A stretch of 64,000 nt of DNA from Methylobacter sp. Lineage in GTDB: Bacteria; Pseudomonadota; Gammaproteobacteria; Methylococcales; Methylomonadaceae. The DNA lies in NCBI RefSeq assembly GCF_030680395.1, contig NZ_JAUXVR010000009.1, positions 39,931 to 103,930 on the forward strand, written 5' to 3'. The translations under genes were made by a program, and so were the position numbers. Below, in pieces: positions 9,704-18,807 of the stretch (position 1 is the stretch's first letter; each line of letters starts with the position of its first letter). Below the pieces are notes generated by a model that was not told where the DNA came from, made no database searches, and worked only from the letters and a program-made list of their open reading frames with translations.

Positions 9704-11208
9704 TAGACCCGTATCATTTGGAAGACCTGTCGCTGCTGGCAGAATCGGTCGACCTGGAATGCAAACTGGCGCAAGGCCAGGACGGCAAGGGTGAAGTGCC
9801 GAAAGATTTCTGGTCGACTTATTCGGCGATGGCCAACATGCACGGTGGCGTGGTGCTGCTGGGTGTGCGCGAAAAGGCCGGTGTATTCAGTGTCGCCGGC
9901 ATTGCCAATGTCGAGAAAATCCGTACCGATTTGTTCAATACCCTGAACAATCGCGCCAAGGTCAGCATGAATTTGCTGACGGATAAGGATGTGACGGCAG
10001 TAACGATGGAAGGAAAAACGGTGTTAATGATCCGTATACCTGCAGCGACGCGCAAACAAAAGCCGGTGTATCTCAACGGCCAGCCCCTGGGCAATACCTA
10101 TCGCCGCCTGCATGAAGGCGACCGTTCTTGCGACGACGAAACCGTCAAGCGCATGCTGGCCGAGCAACTGGAAGACAGTCACGACACGCGCATCCTCAAC
10201 AAATTTGGCTTGCAGGACCTGGATATAGAAAGCCTGCATGCCTATCGCAATGCTTTTGCTGTGCATCGCCCCGGGCATCCGTGGATCGATGTAACCGATA
10301 TTGATTTTCTGCGGCTGATCGGCGGTTGGCGCGAGCATCGAACCTCCGGCGAAACTGGGCTGACGGCAGCGGGGCTGTTGATGTTTGGGCATTGGCCATC
10401 CATCGTAGAGGCGTTTCCGCTGTATTTTCTCGATTATCAGGAACGGCCTGCCGACCAGGATTCTCAAACCCGTTGGCTGGATCGCGTGGTCCCCGACGGT
10501 TCCTGGTCCGGCAATTTGTTTGATTTTTTTCGTCGCGTGATTCGCAAGCTGACCGCCGACCTGAAGGTACCCTTTGTCTTGAAAGGCGATACCCGGATTG
10601 ATGACACGCCGGTGCATCAGGCGCTGCGCGAAGCCTTGGTAAATACCCTGATCCATGCGGACTATTCAGATCGTGCCTCAGTACTGGTGGTGAAACAACC
10701 GGCGGGATTCGTTTTTCGCAATCCCGGCATGATGCGGGTTCCCGTAGAGCAAGCTTTGCACGGCGGAGCCAGCGACTGTCGTAATCGCACACTGCACCAG
10801 ATGTTTCTGTTCATCAACTTGGGGGAAAGGGCGGGCTCTGGTCTGCCGAAAATTCGCGCAGGCTGGGAGACAGCAGGAAACATTATGCGCTTGTTTGATT
10901 CGTGCGAACCATTTGATCAGACCCTGCTCGAGATGGATTGGGTGCAGCCCTCTCTAACGGATTCCATCGAAAGTTCACCGATAAGTTCACCGATAGGTTC
11001 ACCGATAGGCTCACCAAAAACCGGGGAAAAAATTCTTCAACAACTTCGTGAAAACCCGCAATGTTCGACTCAGCAATTGGGCGATGCGCTAGGTATCAGC
11101 AAACGCGCTGTTTTGAAGCAAATTGAGAAACTTAAGCAACAAGGGCGCTTGGCGCGTATTGGTTCGGCGAAGGGTGGCCACTGGCAAGTATTGGAACAAA
11201 AACCATGA
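9700..11208 (+). CDS. AlbA_2 (Schlafen-type, divergent AAA_4) + HATPase_c_4-like + C-terminal winged-HTH protein embedded in the hsd operon
   Basis: The N-terminus reads ESVDLECK...[20 protein letters not shown] (AlbA_2/Schlafen core pattern E..LEFK...AfaN..GG.l.iGV). The middle reads [14 protein letters not shown]...FRNPG (RecG-C-terminal-like HATPase_c_4). The C-terminal wHTH reads [33 protein letters not shown] stop/start overlaps occur at both ends (9700-9703 and 11205-11208). Confidence 0.8.
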   Translation: MIDPYHLEDLSLLAESVDLECKLAQGQDGKGEVPKDFWSTYSAMANMHGGVVLLGVREKAGVFSVAGIANVEKIRTDLFNTLNNRAKVSMNLLTDKDVTAVTMEGKTVLMIRIPAATRKQKPVYLNGQPLGNTYRRLHEGDRSCDDETVKRMLAEQLEDSHDTRILNKFGLQDLDIESLHAYRNAFAVHRPGHPWIDVTDIDFLRLIGGWREHRTSGETGLTAAGLLMFGHWPSIVEAFPLYFLDYQERPADQDSQTRWLDRVVPDGSWSGNLFDFFRRVIRKLTADLKVPFVLKGDTRIDDTPVHQALREALVNTLIHADYSDRASVLVVKQPAGFVFRNPGMMRVPVEQALHGGASDCRNRTLHQMFLFINLGERAGSGLPKIRAGWETAGNIMRLFDSCEPFDQTLLEMDWVQPSLTDSIESSPISSPIGSPIGSPKTGEKILQQLRENPQCSTQQLGDALGISKRAVLKQIEKLKQQGRLARIGSAKGGHWQVLEQKP

Positions 11209-14200
11209 CCGAAGATCAACTGGAACAAGAAACCCTAAGCTGGCTGGCCGATGTCGGCTACACGGCTGTCTATGGCCCCGAGATTGCGGTGGACGGCAGT
11301 GCGCCCGAGCGCAGCAATTATATCCAGGTGGTTTTGGTCGAACGCTTGCGTAATGCGATCAATCGGCTCAATCCTCTGGTTCCGCTGGTCGCCCGCGAAG
11401 ATGCCTTGCAGCAGGTCTTGAATCTGGATACGCCGGTGCTGCTGGCGGCCAATCGACACTTTCACCGCTTGCTGGTCAACGGTGTGCCGGTGGAATATCA
11501 AAAACAGGCTGAAACACGCGGCGATTTTGTGCGCCTGATCGATTTTGAGGATGTTGCTGCCAATGAATGGCTGGCGATTAATCAGTTCTCGATCAAGGGC
11601 CCAAAATATACCCGCCGCCCCGATATCATCCTGTTCATCAATGGCTTGCCGCTGGTGCTGCTGGAGCTGAAGAACCCTGTCGACCTCACTGCCGATATCT
11701 GGAAGGCCTACGACCAGATTGACACTTACAAAGAGCAGATTCCAGATGTGTTCCAGTACAACGAAGTGCTGGTGATTTCGGACGGCACCGAAGCGCTGAT
11801 GGGGTCGCTTTCTGCCGACAAAGAGCGTTTTATGGCATGGCGCACGATTGATGGCGTGGAGCTTGATCCGCTCGGTCAGTTTAACGAACTGGAAACACTG
11901 GTGCGCGGTGTGTTGGCTCCGGCTTATCTGCTGGGTTTTTTGCGCTTTTTTGTGCTGTTTGAAGATGACGGCACGCTGGTCAAGAAGATCGCCGGTTATC
12001 ACCAGTTCCATGCGGTGCGTTCGGCCATCACGCAGGTGGTAGCCGCATCACGCCCCGGCGGCAGTCACAAGGGCGGCGTGGTCTGGCATACGCAAGGCTC
12101 CGGCAAGAGCATCACCATGACCTGCTTTGCCGCCCGCGTGATGCGGGAAGTGGCGATGGAAAACCCGACCATCGTGGTGATTACCGACCGCAATGATCTG
12201 GATGGGCAATTGTTTGGCGTGTTTTCGCTGTCGCAGGATTTATTGCGCGAGCAGCCGGTACAGGGCGAAACCCGTCAGGATTTACGCGCCAAGCTGGCCA
12301 ATCGTCCTTCCGGCGGCATCGTGTTTGCGACGATCCAGAAGTTCATGCCCGGCGAGGATGAAGACAGCTTCCCTGTGCTGTCGGATCGTCACAATATCGT
12401 GGTGATTGCCGATGAAGCGCACCGCACCCAGTACGGTTTTGAGGCAAAACTCAAAACTGTCCGTCGTACCCACTCCCCGATAGAAGCTTTCGGGGGCAAA
12501 CTTAACAGGAATGACGACGTTTTGATGGCTGCCGAAGAGCCGGCCAGCTATTTAACGCGCTATCAGGTCGGTTACGCCCAACATTTACGTGATGCACTGC
12601 CGAATGCCACCTTCGTCGCTTTTACAGGCACGCCCGTATCCTCCGAAGACCGCGATACCCGTTCTGTGTTCGGCGATTACATCCACATTTACGACATGCA
12701 GCAGGCCCGCGAAGACGGCGCGACAGTGGCGATTTATTTTGAGTCACGGCTGGCCAAGCTGGGTCTGAAGGAAGAGTCATTGCCAGACATCGACGCCGAA
12801 GTCGATGAACTGGCGGAAGACGAGGAAGAAGACCAGCAAGCCCGGCTGAAGAGTCGCTGGGCGGCGCTGGAAAGCGTCGTTGGTGCAGAACCCCGCATCC
12901 GGCAAGTGGCCGCAGATCTGGTCGCTCACTTCGAGGAACGCAGCAAGGCACAATCCGGCAAGGCCATGGTGGTGGCAATGAGCCGCGAAATCTGCGCGCA
13001 CCTGTACAACGCCATCATCGCGCTACGCCCCGACTGGCACGATGAAGACCCGGAAAAGGGTGTGATCAAGGTGGTGATGACCGGCTCCGCCAGCGACAAG
13101 CCACTGCTGCGACCGCATATCTATTCCAAGCAAGTCAAAAAGCGTCTGGAAAAGCGCTTCAAAGACCCCGAAGATCCAATACGTCTGGTGATCGTGCGCG
13201 ATATGTGGCTGACCGGCTTTGACGCGCCTTGTGTGCATACGATGTATGTGGACAAGCCGATGAAGGGTCACAACCTGATGCAAGCCATTGCGCGAGTCAA
13301 CCGCGTGTTCCGCGACAAACAGGGCGGCTTGGTGGTTGATTACATCGGCATCGCCAATGACCTGCAACACGCATTAAAGGAATACACCGCCAGTAAAGGA
13401 CGCGGACGCCCGACCGTCGATTCTCATGAAGCCTATGCCGTGCTGGAAGAAAAGCTCGATATATTACGGGCCATGCTGCACGAATTTGATTACAGCGGAT
13501 TCCTGACGGGTGGCCATAGCATGCTGGCGAAAACTGCCAACCATGTTCTTGGCATCAAGGATGGCAAGAAACGCTTTGGCGATACTGCCCTGGCGATGTC
13601 CAAAGCCTTTACTCTTTGCTGCACGCTGGACGAAGCCAAGGCCGTGCGTGAAGAAGTCGCCTTCTTTCAGGCGGTCAAAGTGTTGCTGACGAAGAAAGAA
13701 ATCAGCGGCAAAAAGAAAACCAATGAAGAGCGCGAACTCGCCATCCGCCAGATCATCGGCTCGGCGGTGGTATCCGAAGAAGTCGTCGACATCTTCAATG
13801 CCGTGGGGCTGGATAAACCGAATATCGGCATCCTGGACGAAGACTTCCTGAACGACGTGCGTAACCTGCCGGAGCGCAACCTCGCCGTGGAATTGCTGGA
13901 GCGCTTGCTGGAAGGCGAAATCAAAACCCGCTTTGCCAGCAATGTCGTGCAGCAGAATAAATTCTCAGAACTGCTCGCCAACGTCATCAAGCGTTATCAG
14001 AACCGTTCTATCGAAACCGCACAGGTGATGGAAGAGCTGATCCAGATGGCAAAAAAATTCAAGGAGGCAGTAAACCGCGGAACCGATCTTGGTCTCAACA
14101 GTGACGAACTAGCCTTCTACGATGCGCTGGCGAACAACGAAGATTCTGTGCGCGAACTGGGTGATGAAACCCTGAAGAAAATCGCCCATGAGCTGGCGGA

Positions 14201-14375
14201 AAATTTACGCAAAAGCACCAGTGTAGATTGGGCTGTTCGTGAAAGCGTCCGTGCCAGCTTGAGATTGATGGTAAAGCGGATATTGCGTAAATATAAATAC
14301 CCACCTAACAAACAGGAAGAGGCTGTGCAACTGGTGCTGGAGCAGGCAGAAAGTTTGAGTGCAGAGTGGGCTTAA
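11205..14375 (+). CDS. hsdR: type I restriction enzyme, restriction (helicase-nuclease) subunit HsdR
   Basis: 1056 aa. The N-terminal nuclease region reads [21 protein letters not shown]2 motifs are present: GSGKS ([11 protein letters not shown]), DEAH ([11 protein letters not shown]), FTGTP and QAIARVNR. A type I HsdR C-terminal domain follows. Confidence 0.93.
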   Translation: MTEDQLEQETLSWLADVGYTAVYGPEIAVDGSAPERSNYIQVVLVERLRNAINRLNPLVPLVAREDALQQVLNLDTPVLLAANRHFHRLLVNGVPVEYQKQAETRGDFVRLIDFEDVAANEWLAINQFSIKGPKYTRRPDIILFINGLPLVLLELKNPVDLTADIWKAYDQIDTYKEQIPDVFQYNEVLVISDGTEALMGSLSADKERFMAWRTIDGVELDPLGQFNELETLVRGVLAPAYLLGFLRFFVLFEDDGTLVKKIAGYHQFHAVRSAITQVVAASRPGGSHKGGVVWHTQGSGKSITMTCFAARVMREVAMENPTIVVITDRNDLDGQLFGVFSLSQDLLREQPVQGETRQDLRAKLANRPSGGIVFATIQKFMPGEDEDSFPVLSDRHNIVVIADEAHRTQYGFEAKLKTVRRTHSPIEAFGGKLNRNDDVLMAAEEPASYLTRYQVGYAQHLRDALPNATFVAFTGTPVSSEDRDTRSVFGDYIHIYDMQQAREDGATVAIYFESRLAKLGLKEESLPDIDAEVDELAEDEEEDQQARLKSRWAALESVVGAEPRIRQVAADLVAHFEERSKAQSGKAMVVAMSREICAHLYNAIIALRPDWHDEDPEKGVIKVVMTGSASDKPLLRPHIYSKQVKKRLEKRFKDPEDPIRLVIVRDMWLTGFDAPCVHTMYVDKPMKGHNLMQAIARVNRVFRDKQGGLVVDYIGIANDLQHALKEYTASKGRGRPTVDSHEAYAVLEEKLDILRAMLHEFDYSGFLTGGHSMLAKTANHVLGIKDGKKRFGDTALAMSKAFTLCCTLDEAKAVREEVAFFQAVKVLLTKKEISGKKKTNEERELAIRQIIGSAVVSEEVVDIFNAVGLDKPNIGILDEDFLNDVRNLPERNLAVELLERLLEGEIKTRFASNVVQQNKFSELLANVIKRYQNRSIETAQVMEELIQMAKKFKEAVNRGTDLGLNSDELAFYDALANNEDSVRELGDETLKKIAHELAENLRKSTSVDWAVRESVRASLRLMVKRILRKYKYPPNKQEEAVQLVLEQAESLSAEWA

Positions 14376-14860
14376 GTTATCATTTAGTGTCGAAAGTAAT
14401 TGCGAGGTGACTTCGGACGGAGTTCATCCATCTTCGTACCTTTACGGGACCTTGGGTCTTGTATGACTGACCTGCTTAGGATGCGGAATGCGTTGGTTGT
14501 TAGAAAATCGGCTTAACCGGGCCGCTGTATTGATAGTTGTACAAGACATCTTTCAATTTTCTCCACTATTTAGTACTGTTTGCGCCGTCAATAAAAATAA
14601 CGAACGCATTAGAAACAATAAGACAGTGATTAACAGCTGACAAAACTTCCTCGCTCTTTTGCAACTACATGTAATTGCTACCCCACGAAATCGGGAAGAG
14701 AGTCTACCTGAGATGCCCTAAATTTCTGGAGCCGAGTTAATTCATTTAATATTCACAAGAGTTATGATAAAGTTCACATTGTCATGTAACTAATTAAATA
14801 TGCTTAATATCTAGGCAGTTACAGACCTAATAATAATAACTACAACGAGGTTTACATTAC

Positions 14861-15373
14861 ATGAAATTATTAAAAAGCGCTGTCGTAGCTACTACATTGG
14901 CACTTTCTTTAGGATCTTTTTCCGCTACTGCCGATACCTGTTTGGGCATGGCATGTATGTATAATAGAATGACTCCAATTGAAGGAATCAATGCTACTTT
15001 AGGTCAAGTTACTGAAGCATTGAACGCTATTCAGGTAAGAAACAGCGGGGGCGCGGCAGACACTGGCAAAGCCGGTGACGATGTCATTATAAACAATATC
15101 AAAGATGCACTAAAATTAAGTAAAGAAATCAATGCTAACGATAAACTTGACCGTAATCGTAACCGTGCTAATGATTATTTGAAAAAAGCTCGAACAGCTG
15201 TACAACAAGGTGATTTGATTAAGGCAACAGAAGAATTAAAAGAAGCTGAGAAACGTTTTTCAGATCTTAAAGGTATGATCGATTTAACTCAAGCCGATAG
15301 AGTATCACAACAGACCAACCTGCTAAACCGTATTATGGACACGCCCGATACCGCAGCCGGCAGCCGTAAATAA
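14861..15373 (+). CDS. hypothetical secreted helical protein
   Basis: 170 aa with signal peptide MKLLKSAVVATTLALSLGSFSATA. The body is charged, helical and repeat-like. I recognise no family. Confidence 0.5.
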   Translation: MKLLKSAVVATTLALSLGSFSATADTCLGMACMYNRMTPIEGINATLGQVTEALNAIQVRNSGGAADTGKAGDDVIINNIKDALKLSKEINANDKLDRNRNRANDYLKKARTAVQQGDLIKATEELKEAEKRFSDLKGMIDLTQADRVSQQTNLLNRIMDTPDTAAGSRK

Positions 15374-15407
15374 TACAGTTATCAACTTCACAACAATAAA
15401 ACCGGAA

Positions 15408-15432
15408 AGGCCAGAGTAAACCTTTACTCTGA
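15408..15432 (+). terminator. hairpin after the 14861-15373 gene
   Basis: CAGAGTAAA-CC-TTTACTCTG stem about 35 nt after the stop. The T tract is weak. Confidence 0.4.
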
Positions 15433-15624
15433 CCCCGGTTATTTCCACGCCCACGAAATCCACCGATTCCATAACAAGATAAATTGAATACTTCGTTAAT
15501 GGAATGAGCCCTACAAAAGCTCCTTTTTCTTAACCATAAAGTGTTTAAATAACATATGGTTGTTGTTTATTAGGGCAACTGTCCATTGTCCCTGTTTGTC
15601 GCCCGCCTGTTACGCATTACCTGA

Positions 15625-16719
15625 CTAAAGCTCCGCTTGCAGTCCAGGTATGCCAATGCGCTGGATACGCATAGCATTGTCGCCTTCTTCATAAACCGGC
15701 AATCTTCCTTCTATTTTCCAGAGCCGGAAAGCGAGCGCATGCGATAAAACACGAATCGGATAATCGCGGGGCAATTGCTGCAAATAAGGCTGTATGGTGA
15801 CAAAATCGGTCGCTCCGTACTGTTGCATGATAAAGCGAAGGCCGCCATTGGCAAGACCGATGTTATAGGCCAGCAGACCCAAAAACAGATCGTTGTGCAT
15901 CTCGGTCAGATAGTATTTTAATGTAGCGGCGGCGATAAAGGCATTGTGCCGTGGATCAAGCAATGAAGGCTTGTTTACCGCCAGCTGTTTGCCGGCCTGC
16001 GCCATGACCGCTTTCGGTACCTGGGTAATTTGAAACAGACCATGCCCACCATCCCGGCTGTCTCTGGGCAAAAAGGAGGATTCCGTCGCGGCGATGCCTT
16101 GCAGAAGATTGGGATCAATATCGAACACCTTGGCCGCTTCAACAATAGCCGGATTATAGGTCTCTGCCCGGTTAACCATCTGTAGCAATTGCGTCGGATC
16201 ATAACGCCGGTAGGCGGCGTAGACCTGATGAGCCAGCGTAACCCGGCTGGCTTCCTGCTTGCCTCCGACCAGCATGCGAAAGTGTCCGAACGCTTGGGCA
16301 AAATGGTTTTGCATCACAAACCAGCCGATGACCAGCGCAAAGCTGATAGCCAGAATCGGGGATAATATCGCCGCCCTGTCCTGCAACCATTTACGCAGCT
16401 TCCACCAGCCTATCAGCAACACGGCCGCCGCCAATATCAATCCCAATACGCCGATTGCAAACGGCAATAGGCTGGTGAAAAAACGGGTGCCGGAAAACCA
16501 GCCGGCCGAATAGCCCAACAAAATCATAACGACAAAAACCGCAGTTATTGCCAACCCCAGCACTTCAAGACCGATCATCAACAGTCTATGTTTAAAACTG
16601 GCAACCGGCGGTTTGGGCAATGTCTTTTTCGATGTTTTCCGTGGCGTTCGGGGTTTAGGTTTTACAGCCGTCTCCAGTTTGACACTGGCCCGTTTGCGAG
16701 GTTCTGCCGGTTTATTCAT
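15625..16719 (-). CDS. membrane-anchored lytic transglycosylase (SLT domain)
   Basis: 364 aa. The N-terminus is Lys/Pro-rich and is followed by several TM helices. The SLT catalytic region reads IAATESSF...GGHGLFQIT...AYNIG. Confidence 0.8.
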   Translation of the reverse strand: MNKPAEPRKRASVKLETAVKPKPRTPRKTSKKTLPKPPVASFKHRLLMIGLEVLGLAITAVFVVMILLGYSAGWFSGTRFFTSLLPFAIGVLGLILAAAVLLIGWWKLRKWLQDRAAILSPILAISFALVIGWFVMQNHFAQAFGHFRMLVGGKQEASRVTLAHQVYAAYRRYDPTQLLQMVNRAETYNPAIVEAAKVFDIDPNLLQGIAATESSFLPRDSRDGGHGLFQITQVPKAVMAQAGKQLAVNKPSLLDPRHNAFIAAATLKYYLTEMHNDLFLGLLAYNIGLANGGLRFIMQQYGATDFVTIQPYLQQLPRDYPIRVLSHALAFRLWKIEGRLPVYEEGDNAMRIQRIGIPGLQAEL

Positions 16720-16876
16720 ACGACTGCCATGGATGGTGGAAGTGTCGCGACCGGTAGGGAACTGGTGCGACCAAACAAATTATCCAGTTTCGGCAAGGTA
16801 TTGTGGCGCATAAGTTCGGTAAGGATTGAAGTCACAAGATTATAGTTTGAACGACCGTAATCCGTAGACCGAAAAG

Positions 16877-17395
16877 CTAGTCATGCTTGACAAAAATAAG
16901 CTTGTCGGTAGCAAAACCCAATGCCTTGGCGCGATCGATCAATGCTTGCAAAGTCGCCTCCGGCAGTTGTTTGGTTCGGGATAATATCCAGAAATAAGAG
17001 CGATCCGGCCCGGTTACCATCGAATAAGCGTAATCCTTTTTATCCAGCTCGATAATATTATAGCCGCCATAAAACGGCCCGAAAAAAGACACTTTCAGTC
17101 TGCCTTTATCCGCCTGCTCGACAAAATAGGCCTTGCCTTGCGCCTGCTGCCATTCACCGGCCTTCGTGTCCCAGCCCTTGTTCAGCACATCAACACCGCC
17201 ATCTTCACGCAAGGTATAGGTTGCAGAAATATTCTCCAAGCCCCGCTCGAATCGATGATCGAGCCGCGCGATTTCGTACCAGGTGCCCAGATAGCGGTTA
17301 ACTTCAAAACCGTCAACCGCCGTAACCCCTTCGGGAATGCCGGTGCAGCTTGTCAATAAGGCAAAAATCAGCATACATAATGCTTTCATGCGCAA
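16877..17395 (-). CDS. blc: outer-membrane lipoprotein Blc (bacterial lipocalin)
   Basis: It has a lipobox (LLTSC) and the lipocalin signature YLGTWYEIARLDHRFERGL. Confidence 0.88.
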   Translation of the reverse strand: MRMKALCMLIFALLTSCTGIPEGVTAVDGFEVNRYLGTWYEIARLDHRFERGLENISATYTLREDGGVDVLNKGWDTKAGEWQQAQGKAYFVEQADKGRLKVSFFGPFYGGYNIIELDKKDYAYSMVTGPDRSYFWILSRTKQLPEATLQALIDRAKALGFATDKLIFVKHD

Positions 17396-17758
17396 TCCCT
17401 TTTAAAAGTGTTTTATAAATCAGTCGGCTAACTGTAACCGCCAAACCTCCGACAATCAACTTAAAGCCATTCATCCGTCGGCAACAACGGCAATCATTTG
17501 CCGGTTGGTAACAAACTGCACGGTTTTTTCCAGACCATTCTTTCGGGATACGCCATCAATTTAACATTGGCCGAAAAGCCTTAACATTCTTTAACTTAAC
17601 TTTACCTTTACGAGCCTGTTCCGACTCCCTTGCTGGCCGCTATATTGCTCAAGAACTTATGTAGTTCCGTTAAGTCAGTTAGACGCTGCCTTGCAAGAAC
17701 GGCAATACGGACGGCCAACCGGCCATCCAACAATGATAACCAAGATGAGGATAAAATC

Positions 17759-18664
17759 ATGAGTATTAGCAGTATAAACAGCAGCAGTTCGGCAATGATG
17801 TCAGGCGCAATGAAGCGCCCCGATCCAGCGAAAATGGCCGAAGATTTATTTTCGAAACTGGATACCGCGGGGAAAGGCTATATTGAAAAAAGCGATTTGC
17901 AAACCGCGCTTGGCAACATGTCGCAATCGGATAGCTCAAGCAGCTCCACTTCCGCTGATGACATGTTCTCCAAAATGGATAGCGATGGCAACGGCAAGGT
18001 TACCAAAGAGGAAATGTCGGCGACGATACAAAAAATAGCATCGGAACTGGATGGACAATCCCCGAGAATGCGCATGCAGGGCGACATGCCTCCACCGCCA
18101 CCTCCCGGCGGCGCTCAAGGCGCTCAAAAATCAAGTTCGTCAGACAGCTCCAATTCCAGCCAAGACATCGATCTGGCAGACGCCAACGAGGACGGCACGG
18201 TGAGCGCTAAAGAGGCGCAGGCCTATGCGGCATCGCAAGCCTCATCCGATACGTCATCGACGTCAAGCGCCGATGCGCAGTTAATGCAAATGTTGGCAGG
18301 CGGCATGCCGCCCCCGCCGCCGCAAGAGGGCGGCCAAGGCGGTCAAGGCTTTACCAAAGATCAACTGACCTCAATGTCAAAAGACCTGAATTCGACAGGC
18401 AGCGAAAGATCCAAGGTAATGAGCGATGTAGCAGCCAATTTCGATGCTGCCGACATTAACGGCGACGGCAAGGTGAGCGGTAGCGAAGCGAGGACTTTTG
18501 AGGATTCGAAAAACGCGTCCGGCACCGGCAGCAGTACCGATACGTCATCAACGTCTTCTGCCTCAAACGCCGATGCGCAGTTCATGAAACAGATGGTGCA
18601 ATTGCTGAAATCTTACGGCTTCGATCAGACAGCGGAAAGCAGCGGCTTTTCGACCTCCGCTTAA
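17759..18664 (+). CDS. EF-hand calcium-binding protein with Ser-rich and poly-Pro linkers
   Basis: Four EF loops are present: DTAGKGYIEKSD, DSDGNGKVTKEE, DANEDGTVSAKE and DINGDGKVSGSE. The start is set at ATG 17759 (MSISSINSSS), not the upstream TTG at 17630. Confidence 0.75.
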   Translation: MSISSINSSSSAMMSGAMKRPDPAKMAEDLFSKLDTAGKGYIEKSDLQTALGNMSQSDSSSSSTSADDMFSKMDSDGNGKVTKEEMSATIQKIASELDGQSPRMRMQGDMPPPPPPGGAQGAQKSSSSDSSNSSQDIDLADANEDGTVSAKEAQAYAASQASSDTSSTSSADAQLMQMLAGGMPPPPPQEGGQGGQGFTKDQLTSMSKDLNSTGSERSKVMSDVAANFDAADINGDGKVSGSEARTFEDSKNASGTGSSTDTSSTSSASNADAQFMKQMVQLLKSYGFDQTAESSGFSTSA

Positions 18665-18690
18665 TTCAAGCTCTGCCGTTAGGTAATTTT

Positions 18691-18748
18691 CACCACGAAG
18701 ACACGAAGAGCACGAAGTTTTATATTTTTCTTCGTGCTCTTCGTGGTG
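18691..18748. repeat. CACCACGAAG...CTTCGTGGTG hairpin repeat, copy 1 (probable terminator)
   Basis: CACCACGAAGACACGAAGAGCACGAAG-loop-CTTCGTGCTCTTCGTGGTG, followed by TTTTT. The same family occurs at 22106-22176 and 39397-39457. Confidence 0.8.
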
Positions 18749-18807
18749 TTTTTATGTGACTTACAAAGTATCGCTCCCCTCTGCCCGACATCGTCGCGCT
18801 GAAACAT

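Noticed and set aside
14376-14860. Searched the AT-rich gap after hsdR for a direct repeat of the tRNA-Ser 3' end (attR) or gene remnants.
   Set aside because: I found no match to GGTTCGAATCCCTGCTTCTCCGCCA or its complement by eye, and no ORF remnant was recognisable.
17630-17758. TTG-initiated 43-residue extension of the EF-hand protein. Similar upstream extensions occur at 4522-4581 for greB, 31397-31474 for LysR and 36641-36670 for DUF1499.
   Set aside because: The extensions have no family similarity, and internal ATG starts give canonical N-termini.
17759-18664. Considered whether the EF-hand protein could be a lanmodulin-like lanthanide binder.
   Set aside because: Lanmodulin EF loops carry a characteristic Pro at the second loop position and the protein is small and periplasmic. 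Here the loops (DSDGNGK, DANEDGT, DINGDGK, DTAGKGY) lack that Pro and no signal peptide is evident.
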